DNA of 64,000 bases from Gammaproteobacteria bacterium RIFCSPHIGHO2_12_FULL_35_23. Its GTDB lineage: Bacteria; Pseudomonadota; Gammaproteobacteria; UBA12402. A model generated the notes under the pieces. The model ran no database searches, was not told the DNA's origin, and worked only from the letters and a program-made list of their open reading frames with translations. The position numbers and the translations under genes were made by a program. The DNA lies in assembly GCA_001801465.1 (NCBI GenBank), contig MGXT01000020.1:134228-198227 (forward strand). The letters run 5' to 3'. Shown piece after piece: positions 50,029 through 60,206 of the stretch (the stretch's first letter is position 1; each line of letters opens with the position of its first letter).

Positions 50029-51078
50029 ATGATAAAAGCACACGGTTATGCTGTACAAAGTTCCACAAGCAATTTACAACTTTTTTCATTTGAGCGTCGT
50101 GATCCTAAAGAGCAAGATGTATTAATTCAAATTCTTTTTTGTGGTATTTGTCATTCTGATATACATCAAGCACGTAATGAATGGGGTATTTCTCTTTATC
50201 CCATGGTTCCAGGACATGAAATCGTAGGCAGGGTTTTACAAGTTGGTTCAAAAGTTAAGAAATTCAAAGTTAATGATTTAGTTGGTGTTGGCTGTATGGT
50301 GGATTCTTGTAGAGTTTGTTTTAGCTGTCGACATGATTTGCAACAATTTTGTGAACAAGGAGCTACTTTAACGTATAATAGTTATGAAAAAGATGGCAAA
50401 ACCGTGACTATGGGTGGTTATTCAAATTTAATAGTAGTAAATGAAGATTTTGTTTTAAAAATTTCCGCAACGAATAATTTAGCAGGTACAGCACCTTTAC
50501 TCTGTGCAGGAATCACCACTTATTCTCCTTTGCGACATTGGAAAGTTGGTAAAGGGACTAAGGTTGGAATTGTAGGATTGGGTGGATTGGGTCATATGGC
50601 AATTAAAATTGCTCAAGCATTACAAGCTAACGTAACAGTATTTACAACTTCAATAAAAAAACGTGAAGATGCTTTGCGTCTTGGTGCCAATCAGGTTGTT
50701 CTTTCTACAGATACTAGCGCAATGGAAAAACAAGTTAAGAATTTTGATTTAATTTTAGATACAGTTTCTGGTGATCACGATATTAATCAATACTTAAGTT
50801 TACTCAAAACGGATGGAACCATGGTAATGGTAGGATTACCTGAAAAACATCCAACAATCAATTTATGGCAGTTACTAGGTCGGCGTAATATTTCTGGTTC
50901 TTTTATTGGGGGTATTGCAGAAACTCAAGAAATGTTGGATTTTTGTGCCAAACATAATATTACTGCTGATATTGAATTAATACCCATTGCTAAAGTAAAT
51001 GAAGCCTGCGCACGACTTGTTAAGGGTGATGTAAAATATCGCTTTGTAATTGATATGAGCTCATTAGCTACCGGGTAA
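50029..51078 (+). CDS. NADP-dependent zinc alcohol dehydrogenase, cinnamyl-ADH/YahK family
   Basis: GICHSDIHQARNEWG catalytic zinc motif, structural zinc Cys cluster CRVCFSCRHDLQQFC, GLGGLGHMA Rossmann motif. Confidence 0.85.
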   Translation: MIKAHGYAVQSSTSNLQLFSFERRDPKEQDVLIQILFCGICHSDIHQARNEWGISLYPMVPGHEIVGRVLQVGSKVKKFKVNDLVGVGCMVDSCRVCFSCRHDLQQFCEQGATLTYNSYEKDGKTVTMGGYSNLIVVNEDFVLKISATNNLAGTAPLLCAGITTYSPLRHWKVGKGTKVGIVGLGGLGHMAIKIAQALQANVTVFTTSIKKREDALRLGANQVVLSTDTSAMEKQVKNFDLILDTVSGDHDINQYLSLLKTDGTMVMVGLPEKHPTINLWQLLGRRNISGSFIGGIAETQEMLDFCAKHNITADIELIPIAKVNEACARLVKGDVKYRFVIDMSSLATG

Positions 51079-51186
51079 TTATCTTATTATTTTTTAATAA
51101 AAAATTATTGAAATTCAATAATAAAATTGCTAGACTATCTTTTGTCTCTGGAGATGTCTATTTATTTATCAATTAAGGAGATTTCT

Positions 51187-51585
51187 ATGAAAGTAAAACT
51201 AGCATTATTAGGCTTATTGTCAGGCGCTACCTTGTCTGCCATGGCAAATCAAGTGCATATTCAAAATGTTTCTCAAGATAAAACCCCTTTGGCTATAAAC
51301 TATCAAATTGCACATCAAGACGCTAATCAGCAGGTAATTCTTAGTGAAATTAAAACAGCAGAGCTATCTAATAGCGTAGATATTCCTGTTAACTTAGGTA
51401 CCTATCGTTATGCAGGGATAGTACTTGATGGTGTCAATGGCCATGAAATTCCTGATACTTACAAGCAGTTTTTAGTACCAGGATCCTGCTCTGTTGCTAC
51501 TGATTTAATTCACCCACAAGGAAGATTAAATCTATTCTATCAGATTGATCAGGACGAGCATGGTAAAATAGCTTGTTCAACCTAA
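51187..51585 (+). CDS. small secreted hypothetical protein
   Basis: ATG 51187 with signal peptide MKVKLALLGLLSGATLSAMA; 132 aa. Confidence 0.4.
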   Translation: MKVKLALLGLLSGATLSAMANQVHIQNVSQDKTPLAINYQIAHQDANQQVILSEIKTAELSNSVDIPVNLGTYRYAGIVLDGVNGHEIPDTYKQFLVPGSCSVATDLIHPQGRLNLFYQIDQDEHGKIACST

Positions 51586-51739
51586 GAAAGTTAGTGTAGC
51601 TAATAAATAATAAGAGCTGGATAATACCAGCTCTTATAAATAATATTTAATATAGATCTCGCTAAGATAGATTACAGGACTATTATTATGATTTTTAAAA
51701 AGATAGTATAATAGGAGTATTATTGCAGAGGCGTTTATT

Positions 51740-52696
51740 ATGAAGGCTGTACAAATTTCTCAATTTGGAAGTGTTGATGTTTTATCAGTAGTAGAGTTAG
51801 AAATCCCCAAGCCTAAAGAAAATGAATTATTAATAAAAGTTAAGGCAGCAGGCATTAATCCCGTTGATTGTAAGATCCGCAGAGGCTTACATCATAGTGC
51901 AAAGAAATTCAAAGATAAATTTCCTATTGGTTTGGGTTTTGAAATGTCGGGTCAAGTCGTGACAGCTGGTTCAATAAGTAAAGAGTTTATTCCAGGAGAA
52001 AGAGTCTGTGGTTTTGTTGGACATCGAGATAATCCTCGTTGTTATGCAGAATATGTGGTTACAATTGATGAAAAACTTATTCAAGTACCAGAGGGGATAA
52101 GTGATGAGGAAGCCGCAGCTTTGCCATTGGCTGGATTAACAGCATTGCAGGCTTTAAGACTGGCAAAAATAGGTGCTGGTGACAGAGTTTTAATTCATGC
52201 GGGTGCTGGGGGAGTGGGACATTTAGCTATTCAATTGGTAAAATTAATGGGAGCCTATGTGATTACTACCGCCTCCCCAGCTAATCATGCTTTTTTATTT
52301 GAACTAGGCGCTGATGAATGTATTGATTATCATCAACAAGATTTTGTAAAAGTAGTTAAACAAGTTGATAAAGTGATTGATTTAGTAGGTAGCGAGGTTG
52401 GACTTCGTTCTTTAGAAGTTGTTGCTCTTCATGGGAAATTAATCACGGTACCTTCTGCTACAGCTGAACAGATTATTAAAGTTGCAGAAAGTAAGAAAAT
52501 CGATGCACAGGGCATCAGTATGGATAGTAATAAAAAAGATTTAACTTATTTAATGGGGCTCATGGCTCAAAAAAAATTAAAAGTTTTTGTGAGCAGAACT
52601 TTTCCAATTGATGAAGTAAAAGCAGCTCAGCAACTGATTGAGTCAGGTAAAACTAAAGGAAAAATAGCTCTTGTTTTTAAATGGTATAATTTTTAA
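51740..52696 (+). CDS. NADPH:quinone oxidoreductase / MDR-family zinc-binding dehydrogenase
   Basis: GINPVD, AGAGGVGHLAIQL cofactor motifs of Qor-like MDR enzymes. Confidence 0.75.
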   Translation: MKAVQISQFGSVDVLSVVELEIPKPKENELLIKVKAAGINPVDCKIRRGLHHSAKKFKDKFPIGLGFEMSGQVVTAGSISKEFIPGERVCGFVGHRDNPRCYAEYVVTIDEKLIQVPEGISDEEAAALPLAGLTALQALRLAKIGAGDRVLIHAGAGGVGHLAIQLVKLMGAYVITTASPANHAFLFELGADECIDYHQQDFVKVVKQVDKVIDLVGSEVGLRSLEVVALHGKLITVPSATAEQIIKVAESKKIDAQGISMDSNKKDLTYLMGLMAQKKLKVFVSRTFPIDEVKAAQQLIESGKTKGKIALVFKWYNF

Positions 52697-53465
52697 TTAT
52701 TGACGCAAAAAGTTTTGGTTCTTCAACATTGCTGGCATGGCCACCAGTTAAGGTCATTAAAATGCAATCGGGAATTTTTTTTGCTAATGATACGGACTCT
52801 TCATAGGGACAAATCTGATCTTGTAAAGAACCGACTACTATAGTAGGCACTTTTATTTTATTGCTCCAATTAGTTGAATTAAATTTCGTTAAGACTTGGT
52901 ATTGATGTTTATAGCCAATCATTGATTGTGCATAAGGATATTCATTACTAGTGGTAATAACCAAATCAACAAATTTTTTCGTTAGATAATCTTTAGGAAA
53001 GGCAAAAGGTAAAAATTGATTAATAATTTCTCCTGGCCTAGCATTTTGTTCATGAAGCTTTAAAGTTTCATGAAATAAGTTTTTTGAAAAATCATTAAAA
53101 TGTTCAAAAGTATTAAATAGAAATAGTTTTTTAACTTTTTCAGGGAACTGATAAGCAAAGCTTTGAGCTATTGCTCCACCTAGTGAATGACCTACAATAT
53201 AAGCAGAGTTAATCTTTAAATAGTCGAGAAGGTTATGTATATCTTTAGCCATTTCTTCAACAGAAAATGAAGTGTTTTCATCATATAAAGTTTGGCCTGT
53301 GCCGCGATTATCTAACAAAATAAGTTGGTAATCAGACATTAATTCGTTTACTATTAGCGCCCAATTAATATGATCTGCTTTTAAACCGTTAATTAAGACG
53401 ACAGGCTGACCTTGGCCAATAACTTCATAATAAGTAGTAGTTTCTTTTAGTTTTGCAAAAGGCAT
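52677..53465 (-). CDS. alpha/beta-hydrolase fold protein
   Basis: Nucleophile elbow VGHSLGGAIAQ, 262 aa; 3' end overlaps convergent qor-like gene by 20 bp. Confidence 0.7.
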   Translation of the reverse strand: MPFAKLKETTTYYEVIGQGQPVVLINGLKADHINWALIVNELMSDYQLILLDNRGTGQTLYDENTSFSVEEMAKDIHNLLDYLKINSAYIVGHSLGGAIAQSFAYQFPEKVKKLFLFNTFEHFNDFSKNLFHETLKLHEQNARPGEIINQFLPFAFPKDYLTKKFVDLVITTSNEYPYAQSMIGYKHQYQVLTKFNSTNWSNKIKVPTIVVGSLQDQICPYEESVSLAKKIPDCILMTLTGGHASNVEEPKLFASIIKNYTI

Positions 53466-53475
53466 GTTGATCTCC

Positions 53476-53826
53476 TTAACGTGGTTGTTCTAATACTTCT
53501 TTTAATAGTCTTAGGGCATTACTGGCTGCAGCCATACCAGCATAAATCACCATTTGTAAAATTACCTCAATAATTTCTTGTTGAGTGACCCCTATATGGA
53601 GCGCTGCTTCATAATGGGCTCGCAATTGTATATTAAAGGAGCCGCTCATAATGCAGGCAGCAATAATGACTAACGCTCTAGTTTTAAGACCAATACCAGT
53701 TCGACTAGCTACCTCGCCAAAAGGTCATTCTATGGTCATATCTAGCAATTCTGGAGAGAGGCTGCCTAGCTCTTCTACTAAGGCCATACCACTATGGCCG
53801 CCATGGATAGGTTTATTTGTTAACAT
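53476..53826 (-). pseudogene. carboxymuconolactone decarboxylase (CMD/AhpD-like) family gene with in-frame TGA at codon 34 (Trp position)
   Basis: Minus-strand translation MLTNKPIHGGHSGMALVEELGSLSPELLDMTIE-*-PFGEVASRTGIGLKTRALVIIAACIMSG...QEIIEVILQMVIYAGMAAASNAL aligns with gamma-CMD (PcaC); TGA replaces conserved Trp (TGG). Confidence 0.6.
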
Positions 53827-53896
53827 TTTATTATTTGCATTTAATAAATAGAATAGCCATAATAGTTAAACCATTATTGCATAAAGTGAAATAATC

Positions 53897-54787
53897 ATGT
53901 TGGAGCAAATCAAGGCCTTTTGTGAGGTGGTTAAAAGAGGAGGTCTGACTAAAGCAGCTCGTAGTTTGGCAATTTCAACTCCTATGGTGACCCGAAGAAT
54001 CCAGCAACTTGAGTTGGATCTTAAGGCTGAGCTTTTTCATCGCACAACAAGACAGGTCTTATTAACTGAGGCAGGTAAATTATTTTATCAGCATGCTTTA
54101 GAAATGATGGCCCACTATGAGGCTGGCGAAAATGCAGTAGCAAGTCTTGCCGAGCAAGTAACAGGTACTCTTAAAATAGGATTGCCTTTATCGATTAGTT
54201 ATTTTTGGGTAACTACAGTTTTAAATAAGTTTTATAACCAATATCCTCATATTAATATTCACTTTGTAAATGGTAATCATTTAACTAATTTTTTAGCGGA
54301 GGGATTTGATATAGTTGTTCATTGTGGCACACTACCAGACTCCCGTTTTTATTTTAAAAAAATTCGTGATTGGAAGAAAATTACCTGTGCTGCACCTGCG
54401 TATTTAAAGCAATACGGTACGCCTAAAAAACCACAAGAGTTATTACAACATAAATGTATTGATCATTATGATAACTATACCCAAAGTTGGCGCTATCAAG
54501 TGAATAATAAACAGGAGGAGGTTGTAATTCAAGCTCACTTCAAAGCAAATAATAGTCTTGATATTAAGAACTTGGCTGAAATTGGTTTAGGAATAGCTTA
54601 TTTACCAGATTTTGTAGTGATTTCTGCTTTAAGTGATAATAAGTTAGTCTCAATTTTAGAAAGCTATCAACCAGAACCACTTGGTATTTATTTGGTTTAT
54701 GCTAGCAAACAGTTTTTAAGTAAAAAAACTAAAGTTATGCTAGAATTTTTAACTGCTTGCTTACAACAAGAAGTTAAAGTTACTTAA
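53897..54787 (+). CDS. LysR-family transcriptional regulator
   Basis: N-terminal HTH LTKAARSLAISTPMVTRRIQQLE, 296 aa; divergent from CMD-hydrolase operon. Confidence 0.8.
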   Translation: MLEQIKAFCEVVKRGGLTKAARSLAISTPMVTRRIQQLELDLKAELFHRTTRQVLLTEAGKLFYQHALEMMAHYEAGENAVASLAEQVTGTLKIGLPLSISYFWVTTVLNKFYNQYPHINIHFVNGNHLTNFLAEGFDIVVHCGTLPDSRFYFKKIRDWKKITCAAPAYLKQYGTPKKPQELLQHKCIDHYDNYTQSWRYQVNNKQEEVVIQAHFKANNSLDIKNLAEIGLGIAYLPDFVVISALSDNKLVSILESYQPEPLGIYLVYASKQFLSKKTKVMLEFLTACLQQEVKVT

Positions 54788-55377
54788 TTGTTCATTAGTA
54801 TTTGAGCCAATTTAAAAGGTGCTGTTTGCATAGGATTATGCGTAGCATTTAATTCGAAATAAGTCCAATTATTAATGTTATGCAATACTTTTTTAGACAT
54901 AGCTTCAGTCACTGATTTAAATTCACTTCTTTGACAAAAAATAAATGTTTTAGGAATATTTTTAATTAAAGAAGAGTCAAAGGTTATAGGAGTAATAAAA
55001 GGTGGATAGGGATCAAGATGATAATGATTGATTGCATCCAAACCCGTAGCATTAATTATTTCAAATAAAGATTGGTTGTTATCAGGTATTGCAGCGTCCA
55101 CATAAATTAAACGATTAATTCGCCGAGTAAGGTTATTAGCAATACCAGTAACTACCATGCCACCATAACTATGACCGACTAAAATAACATCTTTAATATT
55201 TTGTGACTCAATTAATTGACAAATGGAGGCAATGTGTTCTGTAAGAGTACTAGTTTTTTCATCAAGCAGAGTGGGTGTCCAAATTTGGTGGTGGTTTGCT
55301 ATTAAAAAATTGGCAACTTTTTCCCATACTTGTCCATTACTATTGCCACCATGAATTAAAACATAATTTGACATCAT
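54784..55377 (-). CDS. small alpha/beta-hydrolase (esterase-like)
   Basis: GHSYGGMV nucleophile elbow; 197 aa. Confidence 0.55.
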   Translation of the reverse strand: MMSNYVLIHGGNSNGQVWEKVANFLIANHHQIWTPTLLDEKTSTLTEHIASICQLIESQNIKDVILVGHSYGGMVVTGIANNLTRRINRLIYVDAAIPDNNQSLFEIINATGLDAINHYHLDPYPPFITPITFDSSLIKNIPKTFIFCQRSEFKSVTEAMSKKVLHNINNWTYFELNATHNPMQTAPFKLAQILMNN

Positions 55378-55456
55378 GATCTCTTCTCTATTTAATCTAT
55401 CTTATATTATGATAAGAATTTGTCATTACTATTTAACATAGTATCGGAAAAAATAA

Positions 55457-56845
55457 ATGCAATTGAAACAGTATCAATTTTTTGTTGCAATAATTTATAC
55501 GGTTGTATTATTTTTGGATCGATTAGATTTAACCATTGTTAATGTAACCTTGCCAACGGTTGCTCATTATTTTCATGTGCCTTTAGTTACTACCGATTGG
55601 ATTACTATGGCTTTTTTATTAGCTTTAGCACTTTCTATTCCAGTAAGTAGCTGGTTAGGAGAGCGTTTCGGATTAAAGCGTATTTATATTTTGGCCATGG
55701 CTCTTTTTGGCTTGGGGGCTACATTATGTTTTTTTGCGCCTAATTTAGAGTTTTTAATTGCTTGTCGATGGTTACAAGGTATAGGGGGCGGCTTATTAAT
55801 ACCTGTCGGTTTAACTATGCTTTATCAGATTTATGATAAAGCAGGCTATGCAAGTATTACCAGCTGGACTTTTTTACCAGCCTTAATCGCTCCTGCTGTT
55901 GCACCATTTTTAGGAGGATTAATTTTAGAGAGTTTGGGTTGGCAATATGTTTTTATTTTATCAGGCCCTCTTGCCTTGGTATTAGCAATAGTTGCAGGTA
56001 TAGGCTTATTCAAGGATGAGAAGCAACCATTTTTATCTCCTTTTGACTGGCAGGGTTATGGATTGTGCAGTTTATTTTTAATTATTTTATTTTTATTATT
56101 ATCAGAGTTAGGAAGATTTGGTTTTACTAAACTAAGTTTAATAGAATTGCTTGGTTTAATTAGCTTATTTTTATTATTAATAAAATCATTGCAGCATAAG
56201 CAAAATCCCTTAATTAATTTAAATTATTTTAAAAATAAATATTTTCAGTTAGCGAATGGATTGCAATTTTGTTTTCAGTTTTGCCATTTTGGCGCCATTT
56301 TTTTAATTAATCTTTATTTACAGATTGGTCTTGGGATGTCAGCTAAAATGGCTGGTTTTATAATGGGTGTCCAGGCAATTGGAGCGATGGTTATTAGTCG
56401 TTATGTAGTGAGGTTATTTGCTCTTTATGGTGCTAAGTTACCCCTTACACTTGGACTTTTAGGCGTAGGGATTTCTAGCCCATGCATATTATTTATTCAT
56501 AGTTCTGTCATGCTGACTTTTGGATCTTTACTTTTTTTTATCAGAGGTATTTTTAGTGGTCTTTGTGGCACCCCTATTCAGACATTAAGTGTGGAAGGGT
56601 TTAAAAAAAATGAAATTAATCAAATAAATAGTATTTTTAATGCAGGACGACAAATTGCAATTAGCTTAGGGGTTGCCATCTCTTCTATTTTAATTTCCTT
56701 AGGGATAAGGCTAAATAATGCACAAGTTAGCACGATTCATTTTGGACAAGCATTAAAAGTATTTAGTTTAGGATTTTTAGCGATTACACTGGTTGCTATG
56801 CTAGGAGTAATTATCGCCCAACAAATACCAGAAACTAAGCATTAA
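55457..56845 (+). CDS. MFS transporter (drug:H+ antiporter-like, ~14 TM)
   Basis: 462 aa polytopic; MFS motif GERFGLKR between TM2-3. Confidence 0.7.
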   Translation: MQLKQYQFFVAIIYTVVLFLDRLDLTIVNVTLPTVAHYFHVPLVTTDWITMAFLLALALSIPVSSWLGERFGLKRIYILAMALFGLGATLCFFAPNLEFLIACRWLQGIGGGLLIPVGLTMLYQIYDKAGYASITSWTFLPALIAPAVAPFLGGLILESLGWQYVFILSGPLALVLAIVAGIGLFKDEKQPFLSPFDWQGYGLCSLFLIILFLLLSELGRFGFTKLSLIELLGLISLFLLLIKSLQHKQNPLINLNYFKNKYFQLANGLQFCFQFCHFGAIFLINLYLQIGLGMSAKMAGFIMGVQAIGAMVISRYVVRLFALYGAKLPLTLGLLGVGISSPCILFIHSSVMLTFGSLLFFIRGIFSGLCGTPIQTLSVEGFKKNEINQINSIFNAGRQIAISLGVAISSILISLGIRLNNAQVSTIHFGQALKVFSLGFLAITLVAMLGVIIAQQIPETKH

Positions 56846-56860
56846 TAAATTTCATAAAGG

Positions 56861-57280
56861 TTGAGAATGGTTGCATTAATAATTAATGATGTTCCAATAG
56901 AATGTATTATGCAGGCTGCTAGGCAGTATTATTTGCCAGTGGCTTTAGTAATTTCGGTGCTCAAAGCAGAGAATGGGGCAGTAGGGGAAGCCAATGTTAA
57001 TAAGAATGGCACTATTGATTATGGCCCTATGCAAATTAATTCAGTATGGTTGAAACAAATTGAACCTTACGGCTATACCGTTCAAGATTTACAATATAAT
57101 CCTTGTGTCAATGTGCAAGTGGGTGCTTGGATCTTGGCTCAGCAAGTTGCAAATGGATCTTCCTTGTGGCAAGGAGTTGGTGATTATCATTCTCATTCTT
57201 ATTATCAAAATCAACTTTATAGTTCTCGGGTTAGCCAATACTATTATTATTTAATGAAAGCTCTCTCAGGACGCGATTAA
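56861..57280 (+). CDS. small lytic transglycosylase (SLT domain, IagB/VirB1-like)
   Basis: Catalytic Glu in LKAENG and GPMQIN motif of family-1 SLT domains; 139 aa. Confidence 0.6.
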   Translation: MRMVALIINDVPIECIMQAARQYYLPVALVISVLKAENGAVGEANVNKNGTIDYGPMQINSVWLKQIEPYGYTVQDLQYNPCVNVQVGAWILAQQVANGSSLWQGVGDYHSHSYYQNQLYSSRVSQYYYYLMKALSGRD

Positions 57281-58470
57281 TAATCAACAGCTTTATAGGT
57301 CACCGCTAAAGGAACGCGAACCAAGTCTCGATTACGACGATTAAACTCTGGTGAGCGGGGATTAAAACGCGTGTAGTATAAATAAGGATGTGCTCCTGAA
57401 TAAACAAAATTTCGACCAGCGCTACTAGGATCTAATAAGCTAGGATAACCAATTCCAGTTTGATTAGGATTGCTATTCATCCAGGAAATTTGCAGCAATG
57501 CCCTAGGGGGAGCCCAGTGCAACATGTCTGGACTGGTGCTGTAAACAATAGTTTGTCCTTGGCCATGGAAATTTGGTGCAATGCCGATCGCTAGATATTG
57601 ATGAATCACTGTATTATAAGTCCAGCTAAAGCGAAAGATAGGCTTAGTAACAGGTTGACAAGGAGTGGTGGCAGTTTTATCTGGAAATAAATAGGGGTTA
57701 ACAGATAAGTTGACAGTGAAAGCCGCTCCATCCCAGCCGCGCCAAGAAGTTGGATCATTAATAGTATTGGTTCTAAATAAACACATACCTGCTGGCCAGC
57801 CAGGGACCACTACATCAACCAACATATAATAATAACCATTGCTTTCAATAATATTAGTTTGAGCAGGAATGCTTCCGGTTTGGCCTATTTTAAAGGGTAA
57901 AGGTGACACTAAAGCAGTCTGAATATTGCCATGATTATCATGAATTAATTGGTAGGTTTTACCTCCATCGTTAGAATTTGCTGCGATTAGGTTCCAGTAT
58001 TGGCAAATTTTGCTTTTTTGACTGCTAGGACAATAAGTGGGGCTTTGCAATTCACCATGAAACTCATTGTGGATGAGTGCATAAATCGTTTTACCATCAT
58101 TGGTCCAAGTGTTAACAATCCAAAGTTTATTATTAAAGCTACTAGGAGGAGCTTGGAGTTGGCCATAAGTACCTGGTTCGGTAATGCTAGAGTTAGTACA
58201 GGTATGGACAAGTGGACCATTTAAAGAGCTCCCAGTGGTATTTTGCATAAATCCATTTTCACCACTGCCAAAAACTAACTGCACTTGATTATTATTATCA
58301 ATAAAAGCTCTAACAGGATTATCAGGAAAATCAAATGGGGAACAGTGTTGCGAGGCATATTGATAAATAGTTTCTTCAGGACCTATGATTTTTACTTGAA
58401 AAGGAGTAGCAAAAATTTTTTCAATTGCCAAGAGTAAGAGGAGTACAGTAAAAAATCTCAAAATTTTCAT
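57277..58470 (-). CDS. secreted protein with Asp-box (BNR) motifs, possible sialidase-like beta-propeller
   Basis: Signal peptide MKILRFFTVLLLLLAI; SNDGGKTY and TNDGKTIY Asp-box-like motifs. Confidence 0.4.
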   Translation of the reverse strand: MKILRFFTVLLLLLAIEKIFATPFQVKIIGPEETIYQYASQHCSPFDFPDNPVRAFIDNNNQVQLVFGSGENGFMQNTTGSSLNGPLVHTCTNSSITEPGTYGQLQAPPSSFNNKLWIVNTWTNDGKTIYALIHNEFHGELQSPTYCPSSQKSKICQYWNLIAANSNDGGKTYQLIHDNHGNIQTALVSPLPFKIGQTGSIPAQTNIIESNGYYYMLVDVVVPGWPAGMCLFRTNTINDPTSWRGWDGAAFTVNLSVNPYLFPDKTATTPCQPVTKPIFRFSWTYNTVIHQYLAIGIAPNFHGQGQTIVYSTSPDMLHWAPPRALLQISWMNSNPNQTGIGYPSLLDPSSAGRNFVYSGAHPYLYYTRFNPRSPEFNRRNRDLVRVPLAVTYKAVDY

Positions 58471-58881
58471 AAAGGTCCCTCCTGTTGAGATGCCTTTTTA
58501 CTATATCAGTAAAGAAAATATTTGCATCTAATTTTTATTAGAGAGGGCAAAAATCCTTAATCGGAAATGATCTTAATTAAAAACTAGAAGCGTTTAGGCT
58601 GAAATAGAATTTTATAGTTGACAGGCTAAATAAGTTGATTATTCTTGCAGGGCCTTGCTGATAAGAGTTGCTAAGATGAGTGAAGCTAAAAATAACACTA
58701 AGCCAGGCGACTAAATCTAAAAGATTACAGTACTTTAAAATAAGCTATTAACCTTAAAATAATGCTTAAATAGTAAATTTTCTTAATAAAAGCTTAAGTA
58801 AAATAGTTTAATATTCGTGCAACAATTTAGAGATGTGATAATTTAAAAACTCAGTTTCAATAACTTAGAATAAGAGCCTTT

Positions 58882-60111
58882 ATGGGTAAAAGAAGTAATG
58901 TTTGTTTAAGATATACCTTTGCAGGGGCTACGTTTTTTCTTTCAGCTAGTCAAACGGCAGCTTCAATACCCAGCAAATTTTGGGGTTTTGCGGCCGGCGC
59001 TATAGTTGGTTTATCTGATGCAGTGAATAATTTTTTATTTGTAGGAGCTGGTTTAGCAGCAGAAGATACTTCTATTTCTAGTACCAAGCTTGTTATAGCA
59101 AGAAAGACTTCTAGAAGAGATGAAGAGAGTGGGAGGGAGTTAGACAGTGTCACAGGGGGCGGCAATACTGAAAAATCTGCTTTACTAGGTAACTATGAAT
59201 GTTGTTATAAAGCCTATATTGTTCAAGGACTAACATTAGGCGTCAATGTGATTAGTGCAGGAGTGTGCAGATATTATACCTATCATTCTATTAGAATAAC
59301 TTTAAATGATTTGTGTGAAGGTGATATACCAGAGGTTGCTTTTTGGCCCTTAGTGATGCTTTCAATATTTATCGCAGCGCTTAAAATTATTTTAATTGAT
59401 AGTTATCCTACTTTAAGAAAAATCGTCAAAAAATTTGATAACAATCCTAAGGCAAAACCAATTACAGCACGTTTATTGCAAGGACTTCAAGATCCCCACT
59501 TACTTGCTTTGGTTCGAGAAATATTAATGATAGAAATGGTTATTGCTGATGGCGCGAGCCTTTTTCCTCTTCCGGAAGGAGTCGTACGAAGACGGTTAGG
59601 ACGATGTTCAGAAGGGTTTAAATCCTTTGAATCTGCAATGGGAGGATTATCTTTTTTTACAATAGTAGCCTCTTATCCTTTGGGTAAAAAATTTGATGGT
59701 CATGCTTTACTTAATAATGTTGAACATGCTTTAGACAAACCGCTAACAGAAAGAGATATTAGAGTTTCTCAATGTCAGGCAAGTTTGTTTAAAGCTTCAA
59801 TTCATTATACTTGTGCTATGCGGGGATTGGCAGCTGTTGCTTTTATGGCTATGGCAATTTTAATATTGTTAGATCGATTTGGTTTTATCAATCATAATGA
59901 TAAGCCTGGGGATAGATCAGAGCTCACAGAAATGATTGCTTTTCTATCTTCTTTTGGACCAGCGTTAACAGTTGGGATTATAATGTGGATAGGTAATCTT
60001 CAAACTGAAGCGGGAGCTGCTATAGATGCTATTAAAATAGATGATAGGGCTAGCTTAGATTCGTCAAATGGCTTTGATCCAGATCATGCTATAGTTTCAA
60101 GACGCTCTTAA
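58882..60111 (+). CDS. hypothetical membrane protein (locally GC-richer than neighbours)
   Basis: 409 aa, several TM helices; no motif recognised. Confidence 0.4.
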   Translation: MGKRSNVCLRYTFAGATFFLSASQTAASIPSKFWGFAAGAIVGLSDAVNNFLFVGAGLAAEDTSISSTKLVIARKTSRRDEESGRELDSVTGGGNTEKSALLGNYECCYKAYIVQGLTLGVNVISAGVCRYYTYHSIRITLNDLCEGDIPEVAFWPLVMLSIFIAALKIILIDSYPTLRKIVKKFDNNPKAKPITARLLQGLQDPHLLALVREILMIEMVIADGASLFPLPEGVVRRRLGRCSEGFKSFESAMGGLSFFTIVASYPLGKKFDGHALLNNVEHALDKPLTERDIRVSQCQASLFKASIHYTCAMRGLAAVAFMAMAILILLDRFGFINHNDKPGDRSELTEMIAFLSSFGPALTVGIIMWIGNLQTEAGAAIDAIKIDDRASLDSSNGFDPDHAIVSRRS

Positions 60112-60206
60112 CAAATTTCTCACTATTAATTCTCCTGTTAATCAAAGATAGATCAAGTATTTATCTCATGATAAGATTAGACTAATTTAATTTTAAGGAG
60201 AAAGTT

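Noticed and set aside
53700-53760. Selenocysteine recoding of the in-frame TGA in the CMD gene
   Set aside because: The codon aligns with a conserved Trp, not the redox Cys of AhpD-like selenoproteins. Only a weak 5-bp stem with an oversized loop lies downstream. Kept as a low-probability alternative inside the finding.
53651-53851. 66-aa plus-strand ORF
   Set aside because: Antisense to the CMD-family gene, whose translation aligns convincingly to a known family; no SD
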